NCBI GenBank assembly: GCA_027340875.1
Contig: DAIENX010000036.1
Span: 1-16,625 of the forward strand
Direction: 5' to 3'
Source of the DNA: Elusimicrobiota bacterium
GTDB taxonomy: Bacteria; Elusimicrobiota; Elusimicrobia; Elusimicrobiales; UBA9959
Length of the DNA: 16,625 nucleotides
The notes beneath the pieces are model-generated. The model had not been told where the DNA came from. It searched no databases and saw only the letters and a list, made by a program, of their open reading frames with translations. The position numbers and the translations under genes were made by a program. This document shows, piece by piece, positions 15,843 to 16,625 of the stretch (its first letter is position 1; each line of letters starts with the position of its first letter).

Positions 15843-15885
15843 ATAATATAACTTCGGCGAAGTATAAAGGCCGAACTTATATTAT
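15843..15885. promoter_or_regulatory. Long inverted repeat (16-bp arms, 11-bp spacer) overlapping the clpC -10 / start site; candidate operator or leader hairpin
   Basis: ATAATATAACTTCGGC-gaagtataaag-GCCGAACTTATATTAT; 15 of 16 positions complementary. Confidence 0.65.
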
Positions 15886-15908
15886 GGCAAAAACGCGGCT
15901 TTTTTCAA
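15881..15908 (-). promoter_or_regulatory. Putative sigma70 promoter of clpC
   Basis: On the - strand: TTGAAA (15908-15903), 16-nt spacer ending in TGc, CATAAT (15886-15881), i.e. an extended -10. Confidence 0.6.
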
Positions 15909-15930
15909 AATCCGCCGTTGAGAGGGCGGA
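15907..15930 (-). terminator. Possible terminator after nfeD and the small hypothetical gene
   Basis: On the - strand TCCGCC-ctctcaac-GGCGGA followed by TTTT; a second GC hairpin lies at 15931-15951. Confidence 0.4.
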
Positions 15931-15950
15931 ACCGCCCCCGGCGGGAGCGG

Positions 15951-16163
15951 TCAGGGCCTGGGGATCGGGCCGCCGTTCAGGTAGGTCTCGAGCGGTTCGC
16001 CGGAAAGGCTCTTCACCGTGTCCTCCACCATCTCCAGCGCCAGGAAGCTTCCGCAGGCGCGGACGAAGGCCTGCTCCCTGTCCGTGGGCCTGCGGCCGAG
16101 ACGCCGCGCGCATTCGGCTATGATCGCCTCCTGCCAGCGCCGCACGGTCGGGTCCGCGGTCAT
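15951..16163 (-). CDS. Small hypothetical protein (70 aa, MTADPTVRRWQEAIIAEC...)
   Basis: ATG overlaps the nfeD stop (ATGA at 16163-16160), indicating translational coupling. Sequence looks helical and protein-like from this ATG onward. Confidence 0.6.
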   Translation of the reverse strand: MTADPTVRRWQEAIIAECARRLGRRPTDREQAFVRACGSFLALEMVEDTVKSLSGEPLETYLNGGPIPRP

Positions 16164-16625
16164 TTCACCGCGCGGACCCGTATGCGGAAGCCGTCCACCG
16201 ACGTGACGTCCACGTCGGAGCCGGCCGGGATCTCGCCGGAGACGCTCTCCGCGTCCCACAGCTCGCCCTCCACCAGCACCTTGCCCTTGGGCGCGAGCGC
16301 GGTCTTGGCGAGGCCGCGCTTGTCCTTGAGGCTCTCGATGCCGGTCACCACGCGGCGCAGCTGCGCCCGCACGGCCAGCCAGGCCACCCCGGCCACCACG
16401 GCCACCAGGCCTATGATCGTGGATAACAGCATGCTCATCGACACGGACAGACCTCCCAGGGAGGGCTGGTCGAACAGCATCAGCCCGCCCAGCAGGATGG
16501 AGACGGCGCCGCCCAGCGTCAGCAGGCCGTAGCTCACCACCTTTATCTCGGCTATGAAGAACACGAAGCCCAGCAGTATCAGCGCTATGCCGGCGAAGTT
16601 GGCCGACATGGTCTGGAAGGAATAG
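16160..16625 (-). CDS. nfeD: NfeD-family membrane protein, C-terminal part (5' end outside the window)
   Basis: TM segments (NFAGIALILLGFVFFIAEIKVVSYGLLTLGG), then VVTGIESL and the OB-fold ALAPKGKVLVEGELWDAES..IPAGSDVDVTSVDGFRIRV. The frame stays open to the window edge. Confidence 0.9.
   Translation of the reverse strand, partial: YSFQTMSANFAGIALILLGFVFFIAEIKVVSYGLLTLGGAVSILLGGLMLFDQPSLGGLSVSMSMLLSTIIGLVAVVAGVAWLAVRAQLRRVVTGIESLKDKRGLAKTALAPKGKVLVEGELWDAESVSGEIPAGSDVDVTSVDGFRIRVRAVK

Noticed and set aside
15848..15880. Resemblance to loxP (ATAACTTCG ... CGAACTTAT)
   Set aside because: Only the outer 9 bp of each arm resemble loxP. The inner TATA bases are absent, the length is 33 rather than 34 bp, there is no recombinase nearby, and the repeat extends beyond the loxP-like part and overlaps a promoter.
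1..16625. CRISPR array, tRNA/rRNA, prophage, transposase, reverse transcriptase or alternative genetic code
   Set aside because: I saw no regularly spaced repeats, cloverleaf or rRNA signatures, or such protein motifs. All genes read through with the standard code.

Overview
GC-rich bacterial chromosomal window with about 12 protein-coding genes. I see no rRNA, tRNA, CRISPR array, transposase, integrase or phage gene. Left to right: (-) a secreted fibronectin-type-III repeat protein of at least 907 aa that runs off the left edge and is missing from the supplied ORF track; (-) clostripain/C11 protease; (+) ChaN-like protein; (+) ornithine carbamoyltransferase of the ArcB type; a ~310-bp highly structured non-coding element between convergent genes; (-) class-V PLP enzyme; (-) plant-type GH13 alpha-amylase; a CGTC-type REP-like palindrome; then a (-) probable operon clpC > class-A beta-lactamase-fold serine hydrolase > U32/RlhA-like > YaeQ-like, with a 70-aa hypothetical gene and the 3' part of nfeD upstream. 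The style of the secreted proteins reminds me of Elusimicrobiota, but this is an unverified impression. The most notable observations are: (1) the 6681-6990 element, with a 20-bp closing helix containing tandem G.A pairs, several branches and a possible 8-bp pseudoknot; (2) ClpC with Ala in place of the catalytic Walker-B Glu of its second ATPase domain; (3) a 16-bp-arm inverted repeat over the clpC promoter that matches none of the CtsR, CIRCE or HAIR operators; (4) a shared upstream motif on the two secreted hydrolase genes. I cannot demonstrate a complete novel system from the sequence alone.
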